The notes beneath the pieces are model-generated. The model had not been told where the DNA came from. It saw only the letters and a list, made by a program, of their open reading frames with translations, and did no database searches. The translations under genes were made by a program, and so were the position numbers. A DNA stretch of 63,628 bases, counting the filler. It is 6 parts of 6 records of this genome, joined end to end, with 100 filler letters (N's around TTAATTAATTAA, not from the genome) between each part and the next. Parts side by side here need not be neighbours in the genome. Positions count along the whole stretch, not along the records: positions 1 to 6,224 come from SRR2962707_2774; positions 6,325 to 29,766 come from SRR2962707_2776; 4 more parts are not named here. One strand, 5' to 3'. Of the stretch, positions 1 through 9,327 are shown piece by piece. The stretch's first letter is position 1. Every line of letters starts with the position of its first letter.

Positions 1-158
1 TCTTGCCCAAAGCCGTCTTTCATCGTCGGCGTATAGGGCGGAATTGACAGCGCCAAATCAGATAGCGATATCTTGAACACAATAAAGAACGGGATCAGAA
101 ACAGCGCCAACAGCCAGGCATAGGGCACCGCGATCAGGAAAAAGCGCCGCATATTCAT
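1..158 (-). CDS. potH: Polyamine ABC transporter permease PotH/PotB-type, N-terminal part (runs off window)
   Basis: Manual translation MNMRRFFLIAVPYAWLLALFLIPFFIVFKISLSD...PPYTP; ATG overlaps the potG stop (ATGA); operon order potF-potG-potH. Confidence 0.8.
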   Translation of the reverse strand, partial: MNMRRFFLIAVPYAWLLALFLIPFFIVFKISLSDLALSIPPYTPTMKDGFGQ

Positions 159-1282
159 TGCTCTAGCAGCACGCCAGCGGTCGCGCTCCACGAGATCCAG
201 ACTTTGTCTTCCCAAGTAATACTGCGCCGGGAAAGACGACGGGTATTTGCCGTTTGCGCCTTGATGATTTGCCCACCCGTCAGTTGAACGTGATAGGTGC
301 TGAGGTTGCCCAGATACGCGATATCCAACACGCTGCCCTGTACGGCGTTCTTTGCATCTTCGGGCTTTTCGGTCGTGATCGAAATCTTTTCCGGCCTAAT
401 GGCAAGATGCGCTTTTTGCCCATCGCTGAACGGCACATCCGAAGTCGCCATAAACGGCGCTTCGTTCTCGGCCCAAGCAAGAGAATACACACCATCACCC
501 GCAGGTTTGACCGTTCCTTCGATAATGTTCACGTCCCCGATAAAATCGGCGACATACACCGAATTAGGGGCCTCATAGATACCATCGGGCGTCGCGACCT
601 GAATAATGCGCCCTTCGTCCATCACCGCGACCCGGCTTGCGACGGTCATCGCCTCTTCTTGGTCATGGGTCACGATAACAAATGTCGTACCCGTGCCCTC
701 TTGGATATCCATCAGTTCAAATTGGGTATCTTGCCGCAATTTCTTGTCCAACGCGCCAAGCGGTTCATCCAACAGCAACAACTTTGGAGCCTTCGCCAAG
801 GACCGCGCAAGGGCCACGCGCTGCCGCTGGCCACCTGAAATCTGATGCGGCTTCCGACCTGCAAATTTGGTCAATCGCGTCAGCTTGAGCATCTCTTCGA
901 CACGGGCCGCAATGGAGCGTTTGTCCATATCGCCCCGCTTGAGGCCAAAGGCGATGTTCTCCCAAACGCTAAGATGTGGAAACAATGCATAGGACTGGAA
1001 CATCATGTTCACGGCCCGCTTGTTGGGTGGAATACCGGCAATATTCTTGCCTGCCAGTTCCATTTTGCCCGATGTCGGGTTTTCGAAACCTGCCAACATA
1101 CGCATCATCGTTGTCTTGCCGCAGCCCGATGGCCCCAGCAAAGCAAAGAATTCTTTCTCGTAGATGTTCAGTGTCAGATCATCGATCGCGGTGAAATCAC
1201 CAAACTTCTTGGTGACGTTTTCAAACCGGATCAACGGCTTTTCATTCGGGTCATCCCAAGGGGCAAATATTTTCTGGCTCAC
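155..1282 (-). CDS. potG: Putrescine/spermidine ABC transporter ATP-binding protein
   Basis: Walker A GPSGCGKTT, ISGGQRQRVALAR signature, LLLDEPLGALDKKLR, C-terminal TOBE-like region. Confidence 0.9.
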   Translation of the reverse strand: MSQKIFAPWDDPNEKPLIRFENVTKKFGDFTAIDDLTLNIYEKEFFALLGPSGCGKTTMMRMLAGFENPTSGKMELAGKNIAGIPPNKRAVNMMFQSYALFPHLSVWENIAFGLKRGDMDKRSIAARVEEMLKLTRLTKFAGRKPHQISGGQRQRVALARSLAKAPKLLLLDEPLGALDKKLRQDTQFELMDIQEGTGTTFVIVTHDQEEAMTVASRVAVMDEGRIIQVATPDGIYEAPNSVYVADFIGDVNIIEGTVKPAGDGVYSLAWAENEAPFMATSDVPFSDGQKAHLAIRPEKISITTEKPEDAKNAVQGSVLDIAYLGNLSTYHVQLTGGQIIKAQTANTRRLSRRSITWEDKVWISWSATAGVLLEQ

Positions 1283-1366
1283 TTAGGGGCATTCCTTTGA
1301 ACAGTCCGGCAGGCGGCGGGGGCAGAAAAGGGCAAGGCCGACTGACCCTGCCCCGTTATAATCGGC

Positions 1367-2452
1367 TTAGGTGCCGGATTTAACCTTGGTCCAAAGACGC
1401 GTCACAACACGTTGGACTTTGGGCGCATAGGGCGACGTGGTATAAAGGTTTTCCAGTGTCGCCGCGTCTGGGTAAATCGCTGGATCCCCGATCACGTCTT
1501 CCACCAGAAACTCCTGGCTCGCCTTGTTGCCGTTGGCATAATAAACATAGTTCGACGCTGCGGCCATGTTCTGCGCATCCATGATGAAGTTCAGGAATTT
1601 ATGCGCAGCGTCCGGATTGGGCGCGTCCACAGGGATCGCCATGTTGTCAAACCACATCAAAGCACCTTCTTTCGGTGCATAGTATTCGATCTCGACGCCG
1701 TTATCGGCCTCTGCTGCGCGGTCGCGCGCCTGCAAAATGTCGCCTGACCATCCAAAGGCCACACAGATATCACCGTTGGCCAATGCGTTAATATATTCAG
1801 AGCTGTGGAATTTTTGCACATACGGTGCCACGGCAGCCAGTACAGGTTCGGCCTTGGCGATGGTTTCCGGATCTTGCGCATCGGGATCTTCGCCCAGGAA
1901 TTTCAGCGCAGCGGGGATCATTTCAGCCGGCGCATCCAGGAAATGAACGCCGCATTCGGCTAGCTTTTCCATGTTCGACGGATCCAGCACCAATGCCAGC
2001 GAATCTACTGGTGCATCTTCGCCCAGGACTTCTTTGACCTTGTTGATGTTCACGCCGAAACCAGTGGTGCCCCACATATAGTTGATCGCATATTCGTTAC
2101 CGGGGTCATATTTTGACACGCGATTATCGATAACGTCCCACATGTTGCCGATGTTCGAAAGTTTGGATTTGTCCAGCTTCTGGAACGCACCCGCCGAAAT
2201 CTGACGTTGCAAGAATGTGCCCGATGGCACGACGACATCATAACCAGACCCGCCAGCCAGCATTTTGGTTTCAAGCACCTCGTTGCTGTCAAAGACATCA
2301 TAGATGAGATCAATGCCAGTTTCGGTTTCGAATTTCTCAAGCAGCGATTCGTCGATGTAGTCGGACCAGTTATAGACCCGTACTTCTTCGCCCAGCGCGC
2401 TTGTGGCGATCATTGCAGTGGCCGCAACGCCACCTAGAATACGATATTTCAT
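1367..2452 (-). CDS. potF: Polyamine ABC transporter periplasmic binding protein
   Basis: Signal peptide, VRVYNWSDYI, YDVFDSNEVLETKMLAG, YMWGTTG, WTKVKSG end typical of PotF. Confidence 0.9.
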   Translation of the reverse strand: MKYRILGGVAATAMIATSALGEEVRVYNWSDYIDESLLEKFETETGIDLIYDVFDSNEVLETKMLAGGSGYDVVVPSGTFLQRQISAGAFQKLDKSKLSNIGNMWDVIDNRVSKYDPGNEYAINYMWGTTGFGVNINKVKEVLGEDAPVDSLALVLDPSNMEKLAECGVHFLDAPAEMIPAALKFLGEDPDAQDPETIAKAEPVLAAVAPYVQKFHSSEYINALANGDICVAFGWSGDILQARDRAAEADNGVEIEYYAPKEGALMWFDNMAIPVDAPNPDAAHKFLNFIMDAQNMAAASNYVYYANGNKASQEFLVEDVIGDPAIYPDAATLENLYTTSPYAPKVQRVVTRLWTKVKSGT

Positions 2453-2478
2453 TCTTTGCTCCCGTTAGATAGGCTTGG

Positions 2479-2508
2479 TTGATCCAGGCCTTTGATCAAT
2501 TTGATCAA
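2479..2508. promoter_or_regulatory. Repeated TTGATCAA palindromes, putative GntR operator in the potF/gntR divergent region
   Basis: TTGATC at 2479, TTGATCAA at 2492 and 2501; related AATTTGATCATATT at 3318-3331. Confidence 0.5.
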
Positions 2509-2598
2509 GTTTTGCGTCTTACGACAAGATAATTTATGATTTCACGCAGGCGCAGATAGCGCAAGCAACACGAGCTGAACAGTTTTTGGGCATATTGA

Positions 2599-3279
2599 AT
2601 GATCCGTTCTGACGTACAAACACCACCGGTGCCGATCCAAGTTGAGGGCGCAAGAATTCCGGCACATCAACATGTCTATCAGCAGTTGCGCAGTCAGATA
2701 TTGTTTGGCGATCTGGCACCGGGGCAACCCGTGACGATTCAAGGGCTGATCACGGCGCTGGGCGCAGGCATGACCCCGGTCCGAGAAGCATTACGCCGCT
2801 TGATTGCCGAAGGCGCATTAGTGCATCAGGGAAACCGCCGTGTCTCGGTACCTGTCCTGTCGCCAGATGGCGTTGAGGAGCTTGGTTTTATGCGAAAAAC
2901 GCTAGAGGCCGAGCTTGCTCACCGTGCAGCAACCCGCATGACCAAAGATATTTTGGAAGCCCTAAAGCAGACCGATGATGCGCTGAATGATGCCATTTTG
3001 CGCGGCGATATTGGCGAATATTTGACGCAAAACTATCAGTTCCATTCCGATATTTACCGCTGTGCAGATGCACCGATAATGGCCGAAACCGTTGATCGCT
3101 TGTGGCTGCGCTTTGGTCCTTCCTTGCGGGTCGTATGTGGGCGCTTTGGAACATCCAACCTGCCCGACAAACACGCCGACCTATTGGACGCTTTTCGCGT
3201 GAAAGACCCTGATGCTGCCGCCCAAGCAATGGCCGAGGATGTCAGCCAAGGTATCCGTCAAATTCAAGCTTCTGTCTAA
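2599..3279 (+). CDS. GntR/FCD family transcriptional regulator
   Basis: N-terminal wHTH (GAGMTPVREALRRL) and FCD-like C-terminus (NYQFH). Confidence 0.9.
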   Translation: MIRSDVQTPPVPIQVEGARIPAHQHVYQQLRSQILFGDLAPGQPVTIQGLITALGAGMTPVREALRRLIAEGALVHQGNRRVSVPVLSPDGVEELGFMRKTLEAELAHRAATRMTKDILEALKQTDDALNDAILRGDIGEYLTQNYQFHSDIYRCADAPIMAETVDRLWLRFGPSLRVVCGRFGTSNLPDKHADLLDAFRVKDPDAAAQAMAEDVSQGIRQIQASV

Positions 3280-3305
3280 TCCACCACAGATTTGACGTGA
3301 TTCGA

Positions 3306-3333
3306 TTGACTCCGCATAATTTGATCATATTCT
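3306..3333 (+). promoter_or_regulatory. Putative sigma70 promoter (TTGACT-16 nt-TATTCT) with an overlapping TGATCA-core operator
   Basis: -35/-10-like hexamers about 40 nt upstream of the aminotransferase ATG; palindrome AATTTGATCATATT lies in the spacer. Confidence 0.45.
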
Positions 3334-3372
3334 GCGCTTAAACGTCCCCCCACACTTCTGAGGTGCATACAC

Positions 3373-4803
3373 ATGTCCTATATTACCAATCACTTGCCCA
3401 CGGCCGAATTACAGGCGCTGGACGCCGCGCATCACATGCACCCTTTCACCACGAATGATGAATTGGCCGCCAAAGGCGCGCGGATCATCACCAAAGCCAA
3501 AGGCGTTTACCTGACCGACAGCGAGGGAAATGAAATCCTTGATGGGATGGCTGGCCTTTGGTGCGTGAACATTGGCTATGGCCGTCAGGAGATGGCCGAT
3601 GTCGCAGCGCGCCAGATGCTTGAGCTGAACTATTACAACACATTCTTCATGACGTCTCATGTGCCTGCAATCGCGCTGGCCACAGAGATCGCAAAACTTG
3701 CCCCCGGTGATCTAAATCATGTGTTCTTTGCCGGTTCCGGGTCCGAGGCGAACGATACCAACATCCGCATGGTGCGCACCTATTGGGCGATGAAGGGGAA
3801 ACCGGAAAAATCCCACATCATCAGCCGCAAGAACGCTTATCACGGGTCTTCTATGGGGTCGGGATCGCTAGGCGGGATGACCTATATGCACGAACAAGGC
3901 GGCATGCCGATCCCTGGCATCCACCACATCAACCAACCCGATTGGTGGGCCGAAGGCGGCGATCAAACACCCGAGGCATTCGGCCTTGCCCGCGCGCAGG
4001 AGCTTGAGGCGAAAATCCTTGAACTGGGCGCAGACAATGTTGCTGCCTTTATCGGAGAACCCATTCAAGGCGCTGGCGGTGTTATCATACCCCCCAGCAC
4101 CTACTGGCCCGAAATCCAGCGCATTTGTGATAAATACAATGTTCTGATCATCGCGGACGAAGTAATCTGCGGATTTGGTCGCACCGGCAATTGGTTCGGC
4201 TCGCAAACCATGGGGATCAAACCCCACATCATGACAATCGCCAAAGGCCTCAGCTCTGGCTACCAGCCCATTGGTGGATCGATTGTTTGCGATGAAATCG
4301 CCGAAGTTATCGGTTCAGGCGAATTCAACCACGGCTACACCTATTCCGGCCATCCGGTTTGTTCCGCCGTCGCGTTGGAAAACCTGCGCATCATGCAAGA
4401 TGAGAAAATCCTGGATCACGTCAATAACGTGGCTGCGCCCGCCCTGCAGGAAGGGTTGGACAAACTGGCCGAACACCCGCTTGTGGGCGGCGTTAACGTA
4501 TCGGGCATGATGGCGTCGCTGCCCCTTAGCCCACGCAAGGAAACGCGGTCAAAATTTGCTGGGGCTGCGGGTACCGTCGGCTATATGTGTCGGGAACGCT
4601 GCTTTGCCAACAATCTGGTGATGCGCCATGTTGGTGACCGGATGATCATTTCCCCGCCGCTGGTCATCACGCCCGAGGAAATCGGCATCTTTATGACCCG
4701 TGCCACGAAAGCGCTGGATGAAACCTATACCGCGCTCAAGGATGAAAATCTGTTTCATGCAGCCGAAGACCATATCCACGATGCTGATTCGCCTTTGGGC
4801 TAA
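3373..4803 (+). CDS. Class III PLP aminotransferase (putrescine/omega-amino acid-pyruvate type, SpuC-like)
   Basis: DGMAGLWCVNIGYG, SGSEANDT, ADEVICGFGRTG, TIAKGLSSGY (PLP lysine), HGYTYSGHP; next to pot genes. Confidence 0.88.
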   Translation: MSYITNHLPTAELQALDAAHHMHPFTTNDELAAKGARIITKAKGVYLTDSEGNEILDGMAGLWCVNIGYGRQEMADVAARQMLELNYYNTFFMTSHVPAIALATEIAKLAPGDLNHVFFAGSGSEANDTNIRMVRTYWAMKGKPEKSHIISRKNAYHGSSMGSGSLGGMTYMHEQGGMPIPGIHHINQPDWWAEGGDQTPEAFGLARAQELEAKILELGADNVAAFIGEPIQGAGGVIIPPSTYWPEIQRICDKYNVLIIADEVICGFGRTGNWFGSQTMGIKPHIMTIAKGLSSGYQPIGGSIVCDEIAEVIGSGEFNHGYTYSGHPVCSAVALENLRIMQDEKILDHVNNVAAPALQEGLDKLAEHPLVGGVNVSGMMASLPLSPRKETRSKFAGAAGTVGYMCRERCFANNLVMRHVGDRMIISPPLVITPEEIGIFMTRATKALDETYTALKDENLFHAAEDHIHDADSPLG

Positions 4804-4812
4804 ACGGCATTC

Positions 4813-4837
4813 GGGGCGCGAGGTATCCTTGCGCCCC
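4813..4837. terminator. Hairpin between convergent genes, probable bidirectional terminator
   Basis: GGGGCGCGAGG-TAT-CCTTGCGCCCC. Confidence 0.55.
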
Positions 4838-5991
4838 TACACCAATTTCTGACCAAGACGTTCCAACATTCCCAAGCAGGCACCAAGCTGATCCAGGCTG
4901 ACGAATTCATCGGGCTTATGCGCCTGTGCAATTGACCCCGGCCCGCAAACGACCACATCCATACCCATCTGCTGAAACAGGCCTGCCTCGGTTCCGAACG
5001 GAACAACGTCAGCCCCGTTCGCCCCAACCAAACCCGACACAAGATCACGCGCAGCATTTTCGCTCATCGGCTCAAGGCCCACGACCTCGCCCAATGTCTC
5101 GGTCGAGATATCCGCCTGCGGGTACACCGCACGCATTTGCGGCAGCAACTCCTGTTCGACAAACGCCTCCATCGTTTCTTTGACAAAGCGCAAATCATGC
5201 GTTTGCACCGGGCGGAACTCCCAATCGACCTCGGCCTTTCCGACAATCACGTTATGCGCATGACCACCTTGGATCCGGCCAATGTTGATTGTGGTATAGG
5301 GCGGTTCAAAGCGGCTGCCGTCGGGGACACGGGCGCGTAAATCCTCGCGCAGCGCCATCAACCGTGTGACATAGCGCACCGCATATTCGGCGGCATTCAC
5401 ACCCAGATCGGGCGACGATCCGTGCCCCTCAAGCCCTTCAAACCGTGTCGTATATTCACAGCAGCCTTTATGGCCCTCGATCACGCGCATCTCGGTCGGC
5501 TCGCCGATAATGGCGATGTCGGGTTTGATGCCAAGGCGGTTCAGCTCCGGTATCAACGCCTGCGCGCCCAAGCATCCGGTTTCCTCGTCATAGGTAAAGG
5601 CGAAATGCACGGGGCGTTTCAGGGGCAGCGTGGCATAGTGTTCCGCCATCACGACGCTTGCCGCGATGAACCCCTTCATATCGCAGGTGCCGCGCCCATA
5701 AAGCCGCCCGTCGGCCTCGCGCATCTGGAACGGATCGCTTGACCAATCCTGATCGGTCACCGGCACCACATCGGAATGCCCCGACAGCAACACGCCGCCC
5801 GGTACATCCGGCCCCAATGTCGCAAACAACGTAGCCTTGGATCCGGTTTCGTCGCCAAAGATATGCGTCCGCGCGCCCAGCGATTGCAGCCGCCCCGACA
5901 AATCGATGATCAGCTCAAGATTGCTATCGGTCGAAACGGTCGGGTAGGCGATCAACCGGTCCAGCAAATCAACGGTGGCTTGCAACGTCAT
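4837..5991 (-). CDS. argE: Acetylornithine deacetylase-like M20 amidohydrolase
   Basis: LLSGHSDVVP, YGRGTCDMKGF, YDEETGCLGA, IIGEPT, GPGSIAQAHKPDEF. Confidence 0.85.
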   Translation of the reverse strand: MTLQATVDLLDRLIAYPTVSTDSNLELIIDLSGRLQSLGARTHIFGDETGSKATLFATLGPDVPGGVLLSGHSDVVPVTDQDWSSDPFQMREADGRLYGRGTCDMKGFIAASVVMAEHYATLPLKRPVHFAFTYDEETGCLGAQALIPELNRLGIKPDIAIIGEPTEMRVIEGHKGCCEYTTRFEGLEGHGSSPDLGVNAAEYAVRYVTRLMALREDLRARVPDGSRFEPPYTTINIGRIQGGHAHNVIVGKAEVDWEFRPVQTHDLRFVKETMEAFVEQELLPQMRAVYPQADISTETLGEVVGLEPMSENAARDLVSGLVGANGADVVPFGTEAGLFQQMGMDVVVCGPGSIAQAHKPDEFVSLDQLGACLGMLERLGQKLV

Positions 5992-6224
5992 TTAACGAAC
6001 ATCTGCCGGGGTCGGTTACAGAAGGTTTCCGCAGCGCCATCTTCGCGGATGCGGATGCTTTCGGTGATCTCGATCCCCCAATCCTTCATCCAAAGGCCGG
6101 GCATGAAATGGAAGGTCATATTCGGCTCAAGCACGGTTTCATCCTCGGCGCGCAGCGATATCGTGCGTTCGCCCCAATCAGGCGGATAGCTAAGGCCGAT
6201 GGGATAGCCGCAGCGCGCGCCGCG
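5988..6224 (-). CDS. doeA: M24 family ectoine hydrolase DoeA/EutD-like, C-terminal fragment (truncated by contig end)
   Basis: Manual translation RCGYPIGLSYPPDWGERTISLRAEDETVLEPNMTFHFMPGLWMKDWGIEITESI...RQMFVK*; SYPPDWGE is characteristic of DoeA/EutD; stop overlaps the argE ATG. Confidence 0.7.
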   Translation of the reverse strand, partial: RGARCGYPIGLSYPPDWGERTISLRAEDETVLEPNMTFHFMPGLWMKDWGIEITESIRIREDGAAETFCNRPRQMFVK

Positions 6225-6324
6225 NNNNNNNNNNNNNNNNNNNNNNNNNNNNNNNNNNNNNNNNNNNNTTAATTAATTAANNNNNNNNNNNNNNNNNNNN
6301 NNNNNNNNNNNNNNNNNNNNNNNN
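6225..6324. other. Artificial contig linker
   Basis: N44-TTAATTAATTAA-N44 (stops in all six frames). Confidence 0.98.
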
Positions 6325-7308
6325 ATCGCGCCCTGGAATTATCCGCTGCTGATGGCGGCCTGGAAGATCGCGCCGGCGATTGCGGCGGGCAATGCCGTGG
6401 TCATCAAGCCCTCGGAAATGACCCCGCTCAGCCTGTTGGCGCTCAGCGAAATTTTCGCGGACATCCTGCCGCCCGGCGTCGTCAATGTGATCTGCGGCAA
6501 TGGTCCGGAGGTGGGCCATCGGCTGATTTCGCACGATCTTGTGCGGATGATCTCGCTGACGGGCGATGTGCGCACGGGGCGCGCCGTGTTGCAGGCGGCG
6601 GCCGGCAATACGATCAAGCGGACCCATCTTGAACTGGGCGGCAAGGCGCCGGTGATCGTCTGCGCGGATGCCGATCTCGACAAGCTGGTCGAGACCTTGC
6701 GCGAGGCGAGTTTCTACAATGCCGGACAGGACTGCACCGCAGCCTGCCGCATCCTGGCGCACAAGGACATTGTGCAAGAACTGACCGGCCGGCTGGAAAC
6801 CATGATCGGCTCGCTGGTCTATGGCAGGCCCGAGCGGGACGATGTGGAGTTCGGCCCGGTGATCAGCGCGCGGCAGCTGGAACGTGTCGACGGGTTTGTG
6901 TCGCGGGCGCGCAGCGAAGGCTTCGAGGTGATGCAGGGCGCAGCGCCCGATCCCGAAGGCTATTTCTTTTCGCCCACGCTAGTGGCCGCGCCGATCGAAG
7001 CGGAGATCGTGCAGAAGGAAGTGTTCGGCCCAGTGCTCAGCATCACGCCATTCGATGACGCGCAGCAGGCAGTCGATTGGGCCAATGCATCCGAATATGG
7101 GCTTGGGTCATCGGTCTGGTCGCGGGATGGCAGCCAGGCCATGGCGATTGCCAATGCGCTTGAATATGGGGTGACCTGGGTCAACACCCATGGCGTCATG
7201 GCAACCGAAATGCCCCATGGCGGCATGAAGAATTCGGGCTATGGCTCGGACCTCTCCATGCAATCTCTGATCGACTACACCCAGATCCGCCATATCATGG
7301 TGGAGTAG
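6325..7308 (+). CDS. Aldehyde dehydrogenase (aminobutyraldehyde dehydrogenase-like), 5'-truncated
   Basis: IAPWNYPLLMAAWK, LELGGKAP, NAGQDCTA catalytic Cys, EVFGPV, PHGGMKNSGYG. Confidence 0.88.
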   Translation: MAPWNYPLLMAAWKIAPAIAAGNAVVIKPSEMTPLSLLALSEIFADILPPGVVNVICGNGPEVGHRLISHDLVRMISLTGDVRTGRAVLQAAAGNTIKRTHLELGGKAPVIVCADADLDKLVETLREASFYNAGQDCTAACRILAHKDIVQELTGRLETMIGSLVYGRPERDDVEFGPVISARQLERVDGFVSRARSEGFEVMQGAAPDPEGYFFSPTLVAAPIEAEIVQKEVFGPVLSITPFDDAQQAVDWANASEYGLGSSVWSRDGSQAMAIANALEYGVTWVNTHGVMATEMPHGGMKNSGYGSDLSMQSLIDYTQIRHIMVE

Positions 7309-7330
7309 GGCCCGGTTGCCCGGGCCCTTT
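7307..7330. terminator. Hairpin terminator between convergent genes
   Basis: AGGGCCCGG-TTGC-CCGGGCCCT followed by TT. Confidence 0.6.
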
Positions 7331-7336
7331 GATGGA

Positions 7337-8296
7337 TCAGTCGGTGAGTGCATCGAGATCGCGGCCGGAAATGGCGGCGAGCACGGCCGACGCCATCATG
7401 CCTGCGGCGGTATAGGAGCGCGCGACAGCGTCCTCGCGCGGCAGCAGCACGAAGCGTTCTCCCTGGCAGGCGGTGAGGAAGTCGCAGAAGCCCGGCGCGA
7501 CCGTGTCGATTTCGGCAATGGCCTGGGCAGGCGTTTGGCCGCGCGGAGCATCATAGGTGAGGAACATGAAATCGGCGTCGAACGCCTGCAATTCCTCTCC
7601 TGAGAACAGGACCCGGTCGCTCCCCTCGATAGCGTTGAGCACATCCGGAAACACAAATCCGGCGTCGCGCAGGACCTTCCCGATAACGCCATAGGTGTGC
7701 CAGGCCTGGATCTGTCCGGCATTGGTCAGGATGATCGATGCCGAGATCTTGCGATCCCCAAGAACCGCCCGGATCTGGTCGACCTGCGCCTGGTAGCGAG
7801 ACTTCAACAGGTCCAGCCGGTCCTGCGTGCCGGTCAGCTCGGCGATATCCTCAAAGGTCGCCAACTCCCCGCGCATATTGTCCTCGACTACCACCGTCGG
7901 CGCGATAGCTTCCAGGCCCTCCATTGGTGTCTGCTGGAAAGCCGCGGTGATGATGAGATCGGGCTCCAGTGCGGCGATCGCCTCAAGGTCCGCGGGAGAG
8001 CCGCCGACATTTGCGATGCCGGAATTCTCGAAGGTGACGCCGGTCAGGGTAGCGGCACCACGCATATAGGGTCCGGCGTCGCCTTCGCGTCCAAAGGCGC
8101 CCACGGGCAGGATGCCGAGTTCCACCAGGGGAACGGTCAGCGAGCTGTCATGCAGGGTGACGATCCGTTGAGGCGCGACAGGCACTTCGATCGTTCGGCC
8201 GGCATCGTCGGTGTAGGGACGGGTCTCCTGGGCTTGGCCAGGCTGAACGGCGGCAATCAGAGCCAGGCCAGTCAGAATGAGGGGCAGCTTGCGCAT
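7337..8296 (-). CDS. Iron-siderophore ABC periplasmic binding protein (paralog 1)
   Basis: Signal peptide; PQRIVTLHD, EAIAALEPDLII, LEAIAPTVVV (FecB/FhuD class III SBP motifs). Confidence 0.85.
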   Translation of the reverse strand: MRKLPLILTGLALIAAVQPGQAQETRPYTDDAGRTIEVPVAPQRIVTLHDSSLTVPLVELGILPVGAFGREGDAGPYMRGAATLTGVTFENSGIANVGGSPADLEAIAALEPDLIITAAFQQTPMEGLEAIAPTVVVEDNMRGELATFEDIAELTGTQDRLDLLKSRYQAQVDQIRAVLGDRKISASIILTNAGQIQAWHTYGVIGKVLRDAGFVFPDVLNAIEGSDRVLFSGEELQAFDADFMFLTYDAPRGQTPAQAIAEIDTVAPGFCDFLTACQGERFVLLPREDAVARSYTAAGMMASAVLAAISGRDLDALTD

Positions 8297-8322
8297 GGGT
8301 TATTTTCTCCAGTCAAAAGGGG

Positions 8323-8348
8323 CATGGCCCGCATCCGTGCGGGCCATG
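8323..8348 (-). terminator. Intergenic hairpin between SBP2 and SBP1 (attenuator or mRNA-stabilising stem)
   Basis: CATGGCCCGCA-TCCG-TGCGGGCCATG, perfect 11-bp stem, followed on the minus strand by CCCCTTTT. Confidence 0.55.
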
Positions 8349-8354
8349 GGCGTT

Positions 8355-9317
8355 TCAATCGGCCTTGGCGACGAAGTCGCGCCCGGAAATGTGCGAAATG
8401 ACCATGTAGCTGAGCACGCCGAGGCCGTAATAGGACGAGGCGGAGGCTTCCTCGCGTGGTACGATGATCATCTGGTTCTCGCGGCAGGCGTGCAGGAAGT
8501 CACAGAAGCCGGGCATGACCTCTTCGAGATATTTGACCGCGTCGGCCGGGGTTTCCAGCGTGTCGGTGCGATAGGTCACGAAGACGAAATCGGCATCGAG
8601 TTCGGGCAGTGTCTCGGCGCTCATGCGCTCGAACTGTCCTTCGGCAATGGCCTCGACACGATCAGGGAAGGCAAAGCCTGCATCGCGCAGGACTTTTCCC
8701 AGCACGCCATAGGTGTGCCAGCTCAGGACCTCTCCATTGACGCCCTGGATGACGTTGACCGAGACGTTTTCCGTATCGATCAAGCGCTGGATCTGGGCAA
8801 TCTGACCTTCATAGCGCGCCTTGAGGACGGCAAGGCGATCCTGGGTGCCGGTGATTTCGGCCAAGGCATCGTGCATGGCCAGATCGCCACGCTTGGAGTC
8901 ATCGAGCACAATAGTGGGTGCAATGGCGTCGAGCTGTTCGAGCGGCGCGGTCTGCCAGGGTGTGGTCAGGATCAGATCGGGTTCCAGGGCGGCAATGGCC
9001 TCGACATCGGCGGGCAGATTGCCAACGAAGCTGATTTCGGAATTGTCGAAATCGACGCCGGTGAGCACATCGGATGAGCGAATGAATGGTTCGCCTTCGG
9101 CCGTGGTGCGGCCGTGGCTGCCGACGGGTGTGACGCCCAGTTCGAGCAGCGGCACGGTGATGGCGAGGTCCTGTAGTGAGACTATACGCAGGGGCGCGGC
9201 AGGGATTTGTACGGTGCGGCCGGCATCGTCGGCGAAGGGGCGGGTTTCCTGGGCGTGGGTGCCGGTCAGGCAGGCGATCACCGCAAGGGGAGCGAGGGCG
9301 AGGGCAAGTTTGTGCAT
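8355..9317 (-). CDS. Iron-siderophore ABC periplasmic binding protein (paralog 2)
   Basis: Likely start MHKLALAL; PLRIVSLQD, VEAIAALEPDLIL, LDAIAPTIVL. Confidence 0.85.
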   Translation of the reverse strand: MHKLALALAPLAVIACLTGTHAQETRPFADDAGRTVQIPAAPLRIVSLQDLAITVPLLELGVTPVGSHGRTTAEGEPFIRSSDVLTGVDFDNSEISFVGNLPADVEAIAALEPDLILTTPWQTAPLEQLDAIAPTIVLDDSKRGDLAMHDALAEITGTQDRLAVLKARYEGQIAQIQRLIDTENVSVNVIQGVNGEVLSWHTYGVLGKVLRDAGFAFPDRVEAIAEGQFERMSAETLPELDADFVFVTYRTDTLETPADAVKYLEEVMPGFCDFLHACRENQMIIVPREEASASSYYGLGVLSYMVISHISGRDFVAKAD

Positions 9318-9327
9318 GGTTGTGCTT

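Noticed and set aside
1-7308. Apparent complete polyamine pathway (pot genes + aminotransferase + aminobutyraldehyde dehydrogenase)
   Set aside because: The dehydrogenase is on a different contig across a linker, so the proximity is accidental
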